From contig JAPDFW010000057.1 in NCBI GenBank assembly GCA_028826165.1, positions 434,001-498,000 of the forward strand: a stretch of DNA of 64,000 nt, given 5' to 3'. The DNA is from Anaeramoeba ignava BMAN. Taxonomy: Eukaryota; Protista; Anaeramoebae. The notes beneath the pieces are model-generated. The model did not search any database. It was not told the origin of the DNA and saw only the letters and a program-made list of their open reading frames with translations. Position numbers and translations under genes: made by a program. Shown here piece by piece: positions 15,265-34,100 of this stretch (the first letter of the stretch is position 1; each line of letters begins with the position of its first letter).

Positions 15265-15846
15265 ATGCAAAACAAAGAAAAAATTTCTAAAAGATTATCT
15301 CAACATATGATATTAAAACCATCACCAAATTTTGCCCCAAAAAATATGAAATGCAACATATTAATACAAAACAAATCAACAGGAAAACCAAGAAACAGTT
15401 TAATTCAAATAACCAACTCACCTAATTCAATAAATATAAAACAAGAAGAAAAAAACCAATTAGAAAATCAAGAAGAAAAAAATCAATTAGAAAATCAATT
15501 AGAAAAAAATCAATCAGAAAAAAAAGAAACATTTAAAGTTCTGCAACTTAAAATTGGTGATTGTGTTGGTATGAAAACCTTGTCTGGAATTGAAATATTT
15601 GGTGTTATTAAAGAACTTTTTTTGAATTCGAAAAATTCAAGAATTTTTTGTTTAGTTAAATGGCTTATTCCAAAAGAAAGAATTCAAAAAATTGAATCTC
15701 CTCAAAAAGATCCTTCTTTGTTTGAAAATTTAAGTATTGATGATTTCCAACTTGGTGAAGATGAACCTGTTCCTCAACCAATTGAATGCATTATTCATAA
15801 ACTTTCTTTTTGTTACACAAACTTTTGTAATCAAAATAATAATTAG
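15265..15846 (+). CDS. Small protein with a C-terminal BAH-like domain (resembles the GATAD1 C-terminus)
   Basis: 'LKIGDCVGM...IFGVIKELF...CLVKWLIP...FQLGEDEPVP' follows the GATAD1-type pattern (vGDvV...aqIr.f...tWLiP...iGpeEd.P), recognised by eye. No GATA Zn-finger cysteines. Confidence 0.55.
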   Translation: MQNKEKISKRLSQHMILKPSPNFAPKNMKCNILIQNKSTGKPRNSLIQITNSPNSINIKQEEKNQLENQEEKNQLENQLEKNQSEKKETFKVLQLKIGDCVGMKTLSGIEIFGVIKELFLNSKNSRIFCLVKWLIPKERIQKIESPQKDPSLFENLSIDDFQLGEDEPVPQPIECIIHKLSFCYTNFCNQNNN

Positions 15847-15929
15847 TTATTCTTATTCTGAATTTTGATTTTTGATTTTTGATTTTGCTTTTTGATTTTA
15901 ATAAAAAACTTAAAAAAAAGAATTTTGTT

Positions 15930-16580
15930 TTGATTTTTATTTATTTGAATTTAATTTAATTGATGTTTAATTGATGTTTAATTTATTTATTTGAATTTAT
16001 TTGAATTTATTTGAATTTATTTTCTTTTATTTATTTGATCTTTAATTGATTTTTTTTTGCTTATTTTCATTTAATTAATTTAATTTAATTTGCCGAATTA
16101 GTTTAATTGATTTTATTTTGCTTATTTTCATTTAATTTAATTTAATTGAATTTGATCTTTAATTTAATTTAATTTAATTTAATTTGTTGAATTTCTTTAT
16201 TTTCTTTTATTTATTTGATCTTTAATTGATTTTATTTTGCTTATTTTCATTTAATTGATTTTTAATTTATTTGAATTTAATTTAATCGAATTTCTTTAAT
16301 TAATTTTATTTATTTGAATTTAATTGATTTTATTTATTTTAATTTAATTTAATTTGTCGAATTTCTTTATTTTCTTTTATTTATTTGATCTTTAATTGAT
16401 TTTTTTTTGCTTATTTTCATTTAATTAATTTAATTTAATTTGTCGAATTTCTTTATTTGAATTTAATTTTATTTGATCTTTAATTGATTTTTTTTTGCTT
16501 ATTTTCATTTAATTGATTTTATTTATTTGAATTTCTTTATTTGAATTTAATTTAATTTGTCGAATTTCTTTAATTAATTT
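15930..16580. repeat. Degenerate AT-rich intergenic repeat between convergent genes
   Basis: Recurring blocks 'tttatttgatctttaattgattt...tgcttattttcatttaatt' and 'tttgtcgaatttcttta'. Confidence 0.8.
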
Positions 16581-16594
16581 TGGAATATCGAAAA

Positions 16595-23789
<7,195 letters not shown>

Positions 23790-24334
23790 TTTTTTAATTT
23801 TCTTTTTCTTGTTTATTTTAAAATTTATTTTGTTTTATTTTATTAGTTTTATATTATTATATTTTGCTAAATTAAAACAATAAAAAACAAGAAAGAAAAA
23901 AATGAAAAAAAAAAATGAAAAAAAAAATTTTTTTTTAAATTGTTTTATTTTATTTTATTTTATCAGTTATAAATAAGTTTTTAAAAATTTTAAATTTTAA
24001 AAAAAAACTAACTGTTAACTGATTTTTATTTTTATTTCTTAGAGGCTCTACCAACTTTTCAATTATATTTTTCTTTTTTTTGGTTTTCTTTTATATAAAA
24101 AAAAAACAAACAAAAAAAAAACGAAAATGAAAGCTATATATTATTTTTTTTCTTTCTCATTTTATTTAAAACAGTATATTGAGAAAGAATAAATAATAAC
24201 CTCTTTATTTTTGCTTAAATAGAAAAATGAAAAATCAAAATTCAAAAAAAAAAATTAAAAATTAAAAAAAAATTTTTTTCTTTTATTAAAATTTAATCAA
24301 TAAAAAAAAAAGTGGAATAAATTTAATCAATCTA

Positions 24335-25490
24335 AATAATTTAATTCCAAAATATATATTTAATTCCAAAATAAATATTTAATTCCAAAATAAATATTTA
24401 ATTCCAAAATATATATTTAATTCCAAAATAAATATTTTATTCTAAAATATATATTTAATTCTAAAATAAATATTTAATCAATCTAAATTATTTAATTCCA
24501 AAATATAATAAATATTCCAAAAATAAATATTTAATTCCAAAATAAATATTTAATTTCAAAAATAAATATTTAATTCTAAAATATATTTAATTCCAAAATA
24601 AATATTTAATTCTAAAATGTTTAATTCCAAAATATTTAATTCCAAAATAAATATTTAATTCCAAAATATATATTTAATTCCAAAATGAATATTTAATTCT
24701 AAAAATAAATATTTAATTCCAAAATATATTAATTCCAAAATATTTAATTCTAAAATAAATATTTAATTCCATAATAAATATTTAATTCCAAAATAAATAT
24801 TTAATTTCAAAATATTTAATTCCAAAATAAATATTTAATTCTAAAATATATATTTAATTCCAAAATAAATATTTAATTTCAAAATAAATATTTAATTCCA
24901 AAATAAATATTTAATTCCAAAATAAATATTTAATTAATTCCAAAATAAATATTTAATTCCAAAATAAATATTTAATTCCAAAATAAATATTTAATTTCAA
25001 AATAAATATTTAATTCCAAAATAAATATTTAATTCAAAATAAATATTTAATTCCAAAATAAATATTTAATTTCAAAATATTTAATTCCAAAATAAATATT
25101 TAATTCTAAAATATTTAATTCCAAAATAAATATTTAATTTCAAAATAAATATTTAATTCCAAAATAAATATTTAATTCCAAAATAAATATTTAATTCCAA
25201 AATAAATATTTAATTCCAAAATAAATATTTAATTCTAAAATAAATATTTAATTTCAAAATAAATATTTAATTCCAAAATATATATTTAATTCTAAAATAA
25301 ATATTTAATTCCAAAATAAATATTTAATTCTAAAATAAATATTTAATTCCAAAATAAATATTTAATTCCAAAATAAATATTTAATTCCAAAATAAATATT
25401 TAATTCTAAAATAAATATTTAATTTCAAAATATTTAATTCCAAAATAAATATTTAATTCTAAAATAAATATTTAATTCTAAAATAATTTT
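24335..25490. repeat. Minisatellite, 19-bp unit AATTCCAAAATAAATATTT, roughly 60 copies
   Basis: Direct tandem repetition with variants (AATTCT, AATTTC, short deletions), lying between the divergent CHD and Hsp20 genes. Confidence 0.95.
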
Positions 25491-25659
25491 ATTTAAATAA
25501 TCTTGATAAATTGAGAAACACCAAAGCAAAAACAACAAAGCAAAAAATAAAAATCCTTTTTCAAAGATCTTTCGAAAAAATAAATTTAAAAGAAATAATT
25601 TTGTAAAAAAAAAATAATTCATTTTTTTTCTTTTGAAAAAAAGTAAAAGTAATTTTAAA

Positions 25660-26124
25660 ATGAATCTTCAAAAAGTCCCTTCTTTTTTAGCACCATTTTG
25701 GATAAGTTCACCATTTGATGAAGATTATGAATTTTTTAGAGATGAACCAAACAAATTAACAAGATCATTTGATGGAAAATCATTTACACAATTTGGAATC
25801 AAAGAAACAGAAAATCAAATTCACATTTCAGGAAAAATTATGATTCCAAAAGAAAAAGTGAATATTGAATTTGATAAAGAAACTGGAATGCTTACAATTC
25901 ATGGAGAACATGAAGTTAAAAAAGAGGAAAGCAATGAAAATCAAAAGAGAGTTACTTGTGAAAGAAGTTTCCAAAGTTTCAAACAATCTTTTAGTCTTCC
26001 TCATAATGCTGAAATTGAAAAAGCTGATGCTTCAATTGAAAATGGAATGCTTGTTATTACAATTCCAAAAAAACAAGAAGAAAAACATCCTCAAAAAACC
26101 AAATTGAATATTAATTTCAAATAA
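25660..26124 (+). CDS. Small heat-shock protein (Hsp20/alpha-crystallin)
   Basis: 'LTIHGEH...ERSFQSFKQSFSLP...ADASIENGMLVITIPK'; ATG at 25660. Confidence 0.95.
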   Translation: MNLQKVPSFLAPFWISSPFDEDYEFFRDEPNKLTRSFDGKSFTQFGIKETENQIHISGKIMIPKEKVNIEFDKETGMLTIHGEHEVKKEESNENQKRVTCERSFQSFKQSFSLPHNAEIEKADASIENGMLVITIPKKQEEKHPQKTKLNINFK

Positions 26125-26245
26125 GAAATATTTTTTTTTCTTTTCTTAATTTTCAATCCAAAATTTGAGAAAAAAAAACAATCAAAATAAAAAATGAAAA
26201 ATAAAAAATCATTTTTTTTCTTTTTTCTTTTTTAAAAAAAAACAA

Positions 26246-27683
26246 ATGGGATTATTTAAACTTTTTAAAAAAAAGAAAAAAACAACAAAAAGACGCTCAA
26301 ATTCTAATTCCATTTCAAATTCAAATTCTATTTCTAATTCAAATTCAAATTCAAATTCAAATTCTAATTCTAATTCTAATTCTAATTCAAATTCTAATTC
26401 TAATTCTAATTCTAATTCAAATTCTAATTCTAATTCACCAATAATTAATCAAAATAACCGACGTTCTTTTTTACATCATCAAATTTATACATTTGATTCA
26501 AATCGAGTTTCAAATCATTCAATAAATTTTTATAAAGCAGAATTATCACCATTACAAGCTAATAAAAAACCTTTTTGTGAAGCTTTATTTGGATTTGATG
26601 CTCAAAATGAAGATGAATTAAGTTTTCAAGAAGGTGATAAAATTGAATTATTATCTGAAGATGGTGATTGGTGTTTAGGAAGACTTAATGGTCGTAGTGG
26701 TATTTTCCCAAAGAATTATGTGAAAATATTAAATGGTTTGTTCGAAATTTAAATATAATATTAAATATAATATTAAATATAAAATTAAATATAATATTAA
26801 ATATAAAATTAAATATAATATTAAATATAATATTAAATATAATATTAAATATAATATTAAATATAAAATTTAGAAGAAAAACAAGAATTAAAAATGGAAG
26901 CAATAAAGGATTATCGAGGATTTAATGAAACTGAAATTACTTTTCAAAAAGGTGATCTAATTAAAATTATAGAAAAAAGTAACCAACAATGGTGGAAAGG
27001 AGAAATAAATGGAAAAAAAGGACTTTTTCCAGCACATTATGTTAAAGAATATGTAGGTGAAAGAGTAAAATTACCAAAAGTTTTTGTTGATAAATTTGAA
27101 AATATGGGATTTGAAGAATCAATAATTCAAAAAGCTTATGAAAATTTAGGATATCCAAAAATTCAAGATGAAGATCAAATTTTCAATGAATTATTAGATA
27201 AAATTGTTGAAATGATTGATGAAAAAGAAAAATCAATAAAAGAAGAAAATGATGAACAAGAAAAATCAAACAGAGAAGAAAGTGATGAACAAGAAAAATA
27301 TATAGAAGATGAAGATGAAGATGAAGATGAACAAAAGAAATCAAATCCAAATCCAAATCCAAAATCAAAATCCAAATCCAAATCCAAATCAAAATTCAAA
27401 TCAAAATCAAAATCCAAATCAAATTCAAAATCAAAATTTAAATCAAAATCAAAATCAAAATCAAAATTTAAATCAAAATCAAAAAAAACTTGTTGATTTA
27501 GATTCTTTTAATGAAAATAAAATGTGTAAAATTTGTCTTGAAAGAGAAAAAGATTCTCTTCTTCTTCCTTGTCGACATTATGCTTTATGTTATCAATGTG
27601 CAAAAATGATTAAAGAAAAAACTAAAGAATGTCCAATTTGCAGAAAACCAATCATTTCAATTTTAAAATTATTTGATGTTTAA
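26246..27683 (+). CDS. SH3-SH3-UBA-like-RING E3 ubiquitin ligase with a possible N-myristoylation site. Intron 26736-26873; apparent +1 indel near 27361
   Basis: Two SH3 domains ('ALFGFDAQNEDELSF...W...GIFPKNYV' and 'AIKDY...EITF...WWKG...GLFPAHYV'); UBA-like 'FENMGFEESIIQKA'; RING-HC 'CKICLE...LLPCRHYALCYQCA...CPICR' in the next frame after an NP/NQ repeat; N-terminus MGLFKLFKKKKK. Confidence 0.85.
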
Positions 27684-27771
27684 TCAAAAAGATTTTTTTT
27701 TTTGTTTTTGAATTTGAAATAAAAAATTTTTTCACATTTTTTTTTTTTCATTTTTTTCTCTTTCAAAAAAA

Positions 27772-30700
27772 ATGACAGATTCACAAAAAATATGTCAATT
27801 AATACAAAAAAATGATTTAGAAGAACTTAAAAAAATTGATCAAGAAATTTTTCAAAAAATGAAAATGAAAAGAAACCAAACAATACTTCAATTTGTAATT
27901 TGGAGAAAAAAAAAAGAATTAATTCCGTTTTTTCTTTCAGTTGGAATTGATATTAATAATAAAGATACAGGACAAAATACAGCATTACATATAGCAATAA
28001 AAATGACACCAGATATAGAAATTATTGAGAAAATTGTTTCTTTAGGAGCTGATGTAAACAGTGTTGATTCAACAAAAAGAACACCTCTTCATATAGCAGT
28101 TGCAAATGGTGCTGATATAAAAATAATAGAATTTCTTATTAAAAATGGAGCTAATCTTGAAATCAAAGACCAGAAATATAACACCCCTTTTTTACTTGCT
28201 TTGAATAATCCTTCTACTAATTTGGAGTTGCTCAAAATACTTTTATCAGATTTAAATCAATTCCAAAAAACACACATTTTTAATGATTATCCTATTCATA
28301 TTGCTTGTACTTCTGCGAAAAAATTGGATGTTTTAGATTGGGTTTTTGAGAACTCTATTAGTTTAATAAACACAAATGGTAGATTTGGAAAAACTCCACT
28401 GCAACTTTTATGTTCTCGTAATGATTCAGATGAACTTATTAAGTTCGTCATGACAAAATACAAACCAGATCCACTTTTTCCAAGTTCAAATTCATCTATT
28501 GCACTTCATTACTATTGTGAAAGTTCTCCAAAATGTGAAATTCTTGAATTGTTGATTCCAAATCAATCTTGTGTGAACCATCAAAATAAAAACTTGGAAA
28601 CACCTTTACACAATTTATGCTCGCGACCTGCAGAGATTAACATTCCAGTATTAAAATTTTTGCACCAAAAAGGAGCAAATCCAAATATCCAAAATAAATT
28701 TGGATTGACACCTTTATTTTTTGCTGCTCAAAGAAACAGTATCCCATTTTTGAAAGTTTTACTTGAAATTGGAGCAGATTTGAATATTCTTGAAAATCAT
28801 AATAAAACAGCTTTGCATTATATTTTATCAACTTCATATTGGTTTCCATCAGAAATTGTTCGATTTTTGATTGAATCAGGAACTCGAATTGATACAGTTG
28901 CTGGTAATGGTGATACTCTTTTGACTTCCTTTTCCAAAAATGCAAACAAAGATAATTTGGATCTCTTCAAGCTTATTGCTTCCAAATTTCCTGAGCAACT
29001 TAATTCAGATCAAAAAAATAATACAGTTTTCGAAAATTTATGCATGTCAAAAGCAACTGTTGAATTTTTTCAAATAGTGAAAAAACCCAAATATTTAGAT
29101 CTTAATAAAGCAAATACAAGAATTGGTTTATCACCATTTCAAACCATACTCAGATTTAACCAAAATTATGATGTTATTAAATATTTTATGGATGAGTTCC
29201 GAATCGATATAAATCACATAGAAGGATCATCAACAACACCTCTTCATACAGCTGCTGAATTTTGCAATGAAGAAATTGTCTCAATTTTAATTCAATATGG
29301 AGCTAATTTGGATTCTTTTGATTATTACAAAATGACTCCTTTGCATGTAAGCTGTGGTAGGAATATGTGGAGCAAACCAGAAAAAGTTATTGAAGTATTA
29401 ATCAAAAGTGGAGCAGATATTAATATGAAAAATTCATATAACAAAACACCTTTAGAATATTTTATTCAAAAAAATTCAAGTGGATTTTGGGATTCAAATC
29501 AATACAATATTATTCAGTTGTTTATTGATTATGGAACTGATATTCGTGATTTTTTTGATAAAAATCCACTTCCAACTAGCACAAATATTATAGAAATACT
29601 GATCAAAAATGGAGCTAATATTAATTATATCAACAATGGAAAATCTCTTTTAGATAATATTTATTATTCTAAAAAAAAGGCTGTTTTTGAATGTTTAGTC
29701 TCATTTAATGCTCAATTTGCAAATCCAAATTTTTATTCTAATAATAATTTGAGGAAAATTTTAGCTCATCAATATCTTCAAAAAGATTTTGAAAATTTAT
29801 TAATTCGGCAAGAATATACAAATTATCGATTTTCAACAACAGGAGATCCAATATATGTTGATAAAATGTTTCTTCTTTTTCGATTAAAAGAAAATGAAAA
29901 AGAAAAACAAATTGAAAATGAAAATCAAAATCAAAATCAAAATCAAAATCAAAATCAAAATCAAAATCAAATTCAAATTGAAAATCAAAATCAAATTGAA
30001 AATCAAATTGAAATCAAAATCAAAATCAAATTGAAAATCAAATCGAAAATCAAAATCAAAATCAAAATCAAAATCAAAATCAAAATCAAAATCAAAATCA
30101 AAATCAAAATCAAAATCAAATTGAAAATCAAAATCAAAATTGAAAATGAAAATGAAAATCAAAATCAAAATGAAAATCAAAATCAAAATCAAAATCAAAA
30201 TCAAAATCAAAATCAAAATCAAAATCAAAATCAAAATCAAAATCAAAATGAAAATCAAAATCAAAATCAAAATCAAAATCAAAATCAAAATCAAAATCAA
30301 AATCAAAATCAAAATCAAAATCAAATCGAAAATCAAATTCAAAATCAATTATTGCTTAATAAAATATATAACTATTTATCAAAAGAAACACACCAAAATG
30401 CAATGAAAATTCTCAAATTTATTTATACAGGTATTATCGAATTTGAGAAATATCAAGAAAATTGGGATTTAATTTCAAAATTTACAAATGAAATTGGATT
30501 TGATAAAAAATGGATTTCTCGTAAAATTGGAAGGGAAAATTTTATTGGAGATTTAAAAAGATTAAAAGAAGATGAAGAATCAAAAGATTTTACAATTGTA
30601 GTTGAAAATGAAGAATTAAAAATCCATAAAGTTATTCTTTTTGCTCGTTCAGAATTATTTAGAGGAATGTTTTTAAGTGTAAATGATGATTCTAAGAAAG

Positions 30701-30927
30701 TTTCTGATTATAGTGGAAAAACTCCAAATGCTTTTAAACAAATAATCCACTTTTTTTATCTTGATGATTTTGATTTGGAAAATTTTAATGAAGAAATATT
30801 TACTGAATTATATGATGTAGAAAATTTTTATCAAATGAATTTAAGTGGATTATTTAATTTAAAATTAAATCAATTAAAAAATAAATTTAAAAGAGAAAGA
30901 AAACAAAAAAAACAAGAAAATAATTAA
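27772..30927 (+). CDS. Ankyrin-repeat protein with C-terminal BTB/POZ domain(s); candidate Cullin-3 adaptor
   Basis: Many TPLH/TALH ankyrin repeats; BTB '[31 protein letters not shown]'. A degenerate upstream BTB is split by an NQ tract. Confidence 0.92.
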   Translation: MTDSQKICQLIQKNDLEELKKIDQEIFQKMKMKRNQTILQFVIWRKKKELIPFFLSVGIDINNKDTGQNTALHIAIKMTPDIEIIEKIVSLGADVNSVDSTKRTPLHIAVANGADIKIIEFLIKNGANLEIKDQKYNTPFLLALNNPSTNLELLKILLSDLNQFQKTHIFNDYPIHIACTSAKKLDVLDWVFENSISLINTNGRFGKTPLQLLCSRNDSDELIKFVMTKYKPDPLFPSSNSSIALHYYCESSPKCEILELLIPNQSCVNHQNKNLETPLHNLCSRPAEINIPVLKFLHQKGANPNIQNKFGLTPLFFAAQRNSIPFLKVLLEIGADLNILENHNKTALHYILSTSYWFPSEIVRFLIESGTRIDTVAGNGDTLLTSFSKNANKDNLDLFKLIASKFPEQLNSDQKNNTVFENLCMSKATVEFFQIVKKPKYLDLNKANTRIGLSPFQTILRFNQNYDVIKYFMDEFRIDINHIEGSSTTPLHTAAEFCNEEIVSILIQYGANLDSFDYYKMTPLHVSCGRNMWSKPEKVIEVLIKSGADINMKNSYNKTPLEYFIQKNSSGFWDSNQYNIIQLFIDYGTDIRDFFDKNPLPTSTNIIEILIKNGANINYINNGKSLLDNIYYSKKKAVFECLVSFNAQFANPNFYSNNNLRKILAHQYLQKDFENLLIRQEYTNYRFSTTGDPIYVDKMFLLFRLKENEKEKQIENENQNQNQNQNQNQNQNQIQIENQNQIENQIEIKIKIKLKIKSKIKIKIKIKIKIKIKIKIKIKIKIKLKIKIKIENENENQNQNENQNQNQNQNQNQNQNQNQNQNQNQNENQNQNQNQNQNQNQNQNQNQNQNQIENQIQNQLLLNKIYNYLSKETHQNAMKILKFIYTGIIEFEKYQENWDLISKFTNEIGFDKKWISRKIGRENFIGDLKRLKEDEESKDFTIVVENEELKIHKVILFARSELFRGMFLSVNDDSKKVSDYSGKTPNAFKQIIHFFYLDDFDLENFNEEIFTELYDVENFYQMNLSGLFNLKLNQLKNKFKRERKQKKQENN

Positions 30928-30954
30928 ATTAAGAACTTCAAAAAAAAAAGAAAA

Positions 30955-31056
30955 TCCAATTCAAAATTCAATTCAAAATCCAATTCAAAATCCAATTCAA
31001 AATCCAATTCAAAATCCAATTCAAAATCCAATTCAAAATCCAATTCAAAATCCAAC
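30955..31056. repeat. 12-bp tandem repeat AAATCCAATTCA, ~8 copies
   Basis: Direct repetition in the short spacer between the ankyrin-BTB and USP genes. Confidence 0.9.
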
Positions 31057-31139
31057 TTTTTTTTTTTTTTCAAAATCATTTTTTTCATTTTTTTCATTTT
31101 TTTTTATTCATTTTATCTTTTTTTTTACAATAAAAATAA

Positions 31140-34100
31140 ATGCAAAATACTCAAGAATTTGATTATTTACTTCAAAGAGTAATTGAAGAATCTTTAAAAG
31201 ATGAACAAAAGGAAATGTTAATAAAAACTTTTTCAAGTTCAATAAATCCTAATGATCTTTTGAGAGATGAAAATGTTCCAGTTGGTTTATCAAATGTTGG
31301 AAATTCTTGTTTTATAAATGCGTTATTACAAGTTTATTTTATGATTCCAAAGTTTAGAATGGAAATACTTCGTTCTTATCCAGAAAAGAAAATGTGGAAA
31401 GAATTAAAGAAAAAAGAACCATCTCTTGAAAAAGCATTTCCTTATTATCCTTGTATTTTCAAAACCAAAATGATTTTATTTATTAATTTATTTATTAAAT
31501 TTATTTATTTTTAATTTATTTATAAATTTATTTATTAAATTATTTATTAATTTATTTATTAAATTATTTATAAAATTAATTATAAAATTATTTATTAATT
31601 TATATATTAAATTATTTATTAAATTATTTATTAAATTATTTATAAAATTATTTATAAAATTATTTATAAAATTATTTATTAATTTATTTATTAAATTATT
31701 TATAAAATTATTTATTAAATTATTTATAAATTAATTATTTATTAATTTATTTATTAAATTATTTATTAATTTATTTATAAAATTATTTATTAAATTATTT
31801 ATTAATTTATTTATTAAATTATTTATTAATTTATTTATTAATTTATTTATTAATTTATTTATTAAATTATTTATTAATTTATTTATTAAATTATTTATTA
31901 AATTATTTATTAATTTATTTATTAAATTATTTATTAATTTATTTATTAAATTATTTATTAATTTATTTATTAAATTATTAATAAAATTATTTATAAATTA
32001 TTAATAAAATTAATTATAAAATTATTTATAAAATTAATTATTAAATTATTTATAAAATTATTTATTAAATTATTTATTAATTTATTTATTAAATTATTTA
32101 TTAAATTATTTATAAAATTATTTATAAAATTATTTATTAAATTATTTATTAATTTATTTATAAAATTATTTATTAATTTATTTATTAATTTATTTATTAA
32201 TTTATTTATTAATTTATTTATAAAATTATTTATTAATTTATTTATTAAATTATTTATTAATTTATTTATAAAATTATTTATAAAATTATTTATAAAATTA
32301 TTTATTAAATTCTTATTTATTAATTTATTTATTAAATTATTTATTAATTTATTTATAAAATTATTTATAAAATTATTTATTAAATTATTTATTAAAATTA
32401 TTTATTAATTTATTTATTAAATTATTTATTAAATTATTTATTAATTTATTTATTAATTTAATTATTAATTTATTTATAAAATTATTTATAAAATTATTTA
32501 TTAAATTATTTATTAAATTATTTATAAATTATTTATAAAATTATTTATTAAATTATTTATTAAATTATTTATAAAATTATTTATTAATTTATTTATTAAA
32601 TTATTTATTAATTTATTTATTAAATTATTTATAAAATTATTTATAAAATTATTAAATTATTTATTAATTTATTTATAAAATTATTTATAAAATTATTTAT
32701 TAAATTATTTATTAAAATTAATAATTAATTTATTTATAAAATTATTTATAAAATTATTTATTAAATTATTTATTATTAAATTATTTATAAAATTATTTAT
32801 AAAATTATTTATAAAATTATTTATTAAATTATTTATTAAATTATTTATTAAATTATTTATTAAATTATTTATTAAATTATTTATAAAAATTATTTATAAA
32901 ATTATTTATAAAATTATTTATTAAATTATTTATTAAATTATTTATTAAATTATTTATTAAATTATTTATTAAATTATTTATTAAATTATTTATAAAATTA
33001 TTTATAAAATTAATTATTAAATTATTTATAAAATTAATTATTAAATTATTTATAAAATTATTTATAAAATTAATTATTAAATTATTTATAAAATTATTTA
33101 TTAAATTATTTATAAAATTATTTATAAAATTATTTATAAAAATTATTTATTAAATTATTTATAAAAATTATTTATAAAATTATTTATTAAATTATTTATA
33201 AAATTATTTATTAATTTATTTATTAAATTATTTATTAATTTATTTATTAAATTATTTATTAAATTATTTATTAAATTATTTATTAAATTATTTATTAATT
33301 TATTTATTAAATTATTTATTAATTTATTTATTAAATTATTTATTAAATTATTTATTAAATTATTTATTAAATTATTTATAAAATTATTTATAAAATTATT
33401 TATTAAATTATTTATTAAATTATTTATTAAATTATTTATTATTCAAAATTTATTAATTTATTTTCAAAAATTATTTTAAAAATTATTTATAAAATTATTT
33501 ATAAAATTATTTATTAAATTATTTATAAAATTATTTATTAAATTATTTATTAATTTATTTATAAAATTATTTATAAAATTATTTATTAATTTATTTATTA
33601 AATTATTTATAAAAATTATTTATTAATTTATTTATTAAATTATTTATCAATTTATTTATTAAATTATTTATTAAATTATTTATTAAATTATTTATTAAAT
33701 TATTTATAAAATTATTTATTAAATTATTTATTAAATTATTTATAAAAATTATTTATTAAATTATTTATTAATTTATTTATAAAATTATTTATTAAATTAT
33801 TTATTAAATTATTTATAAAATTATTTATTAAATTATTTATAAAATTATTTATAAAATTATTTATTAAATTATTTATAAAATTATTTATTAATTTATTTAT
33901 AAAATTATTTATTAAATTATTTATAAAATTATTTATAAAATTATTTATTAATTTATTTATAAAATTATTTATTAAATTATTTATTAAATTATTTATTAAT
34001 TTATTTATTAAAATTATTTATTAAATTATTTATAAAATTATTTATTTATTTATAAAATTATTTATTAATTTATTTATAAAATTATTTATTAAATTATTTA

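Noticed and set aside
25555-25580. Heat-shock element upstream of Hsp20
   Set aside because: Only a short palindrome (AAAGATCTTT); no three alternating nGAAn units.
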